A stretch of 62,905 nucleotides of DNA, filler included, from Chiloscyllium plagiosum (Eukaryota), in the NCBI RefSeq assembly GCF_004010195.1. It is 5 parts of 2 records of this genome, joined end to end, with 100 filler letters (N's around TTAATTAATTAA, not from the genome) between each part and the next. Parts side by side here need not be neighbours in the genome. Positions count along the whole stretch, not along the records: positions 60,220 to 62,905 come from NC_057714.1; 4 more parts are not named here. One strand, 5' to 3'. This document shows, one piece after another, positions 61,991 through 62,905 of this stretch. The translations under genes and the position numbers were made by a program. The notes below the pieces were generated by a model that did not search any database, had not been told where the DNA came from, and was given only the letters and a program-made list of their open reading frames with translations. Positions within the stretch are counted from its first letter, which is position 1, and every line of letters starts with the position of its first letter.

Positions 61991-62905
61991 AAGACCTCAA
62001 ACCCACATCATCCTCCTAAAGTACTAACCTTTCCTGCCCTCTGTACTTTCTATTCACTCAGTGGAGACATCATATCTCCTGCTTATGTATGATCACTAAC
62101 TGCTCTTGGAGTTGCTTCCCTCCTACTCAATCCTTACCTTTTCATCATTTCAGAAAAACACAACCAAAGAGAGACATCAATCTCTTTATTGTCTATGATG
62201 AGTACCTCTCCGATTACCACCAGTGCACAAGTTTTCTTCCAACTCCTCCAACTAATTCCTGTTCTTCTCTTGTGTAAGCTCCAGTGTCACACAGAGAACC
62301 TCCACAAGGAAGAGCCCTCCGCCTGAACATCTCAACAGCAGCTTCACCTCTGAGGATAAAGCATGTGAACCCTCAGGGGATGCACTGGCAAGGTGCTCAC
62401 CATATTCTCCTCCAAGTCAGAGTCTTTCACCTCAGCGAGTACACCCTCTGGAGTAGACTCAGGGACTCCGCACAGAGTCGAATACAATAGTTAGAGTTAA
62501 AAACAAGAACAGAAATTAAAGAAACAGAAACAAAAGGAAAAGAAAATCTAATCAATCTGGTCAGCACATTACAAACACACGTCTGCAGCCAGTGGAGAAA
62601 GAAATGCCTGAAGTCATTGACACTCCGAGGACTGCTGGAGACCAGGCACCTGCTCGGCCCCAGGCAGAAGACATGTCCCTGTTCTTAGTCAGAAATGACA
62701 TGTTTTACAAGCAGAGACAGACATAGGAGCATCAGGCAGCTCGCTAGCAGAAACAAATATGGAGGAGTTTGTCCATATCCTCACTATCGTGACAATAGAC
62801 AATAGGTGCAGGAGTAGGCCATTCTGCCTTTTGAGCCTGCACCACCATTCAATATGATCATGGCTGATCATCCTTAATCAGTGTCCTGTTCCTGCCTTAT
62901 CTCCA

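Overview
Repeat-dominated vertebrate genomic DNA, very probably a shark or ray: it carries HE1-like tRNA/V-SINEs, abundant CR1 LINEs and Penelope-like elements (PLEs). The window is not one locus. Four artificial 100-bp spacers (44 N + TTAATTAATTAA + 44 N) join five separate scaffolds: 1-26384, 26485-40700, 40801-54059, 54160-60119 and 60220-62905. Almost all ORF-track entries are retroelement debris or N-run artefacts. The informative content is: (1) the 3' end of an endogenous retrovirus on the minus strand, with an uninterrupted gamma-type env frame (CXXC, RGKR, ISD, CX6CC, TM), a polypurine tract and a complete ~600-bp LTR; (2) one 140-bp coding exon of a V-ATPase V0 a-subunit, closest to TCIRG1/a3, embedded in minisatellites that appear to derive from CR1 3' ends; (3) more than a dozen minimal hammerhead-ribozyme-like motifs in PLE termini, from four families with different but still pairing stems, several inside short fold-back insertions with target-site duplications; (4) solo LTRs and multi-layer nested insertions. 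All family assignments come from motif recognition by eye; no database searches were run.
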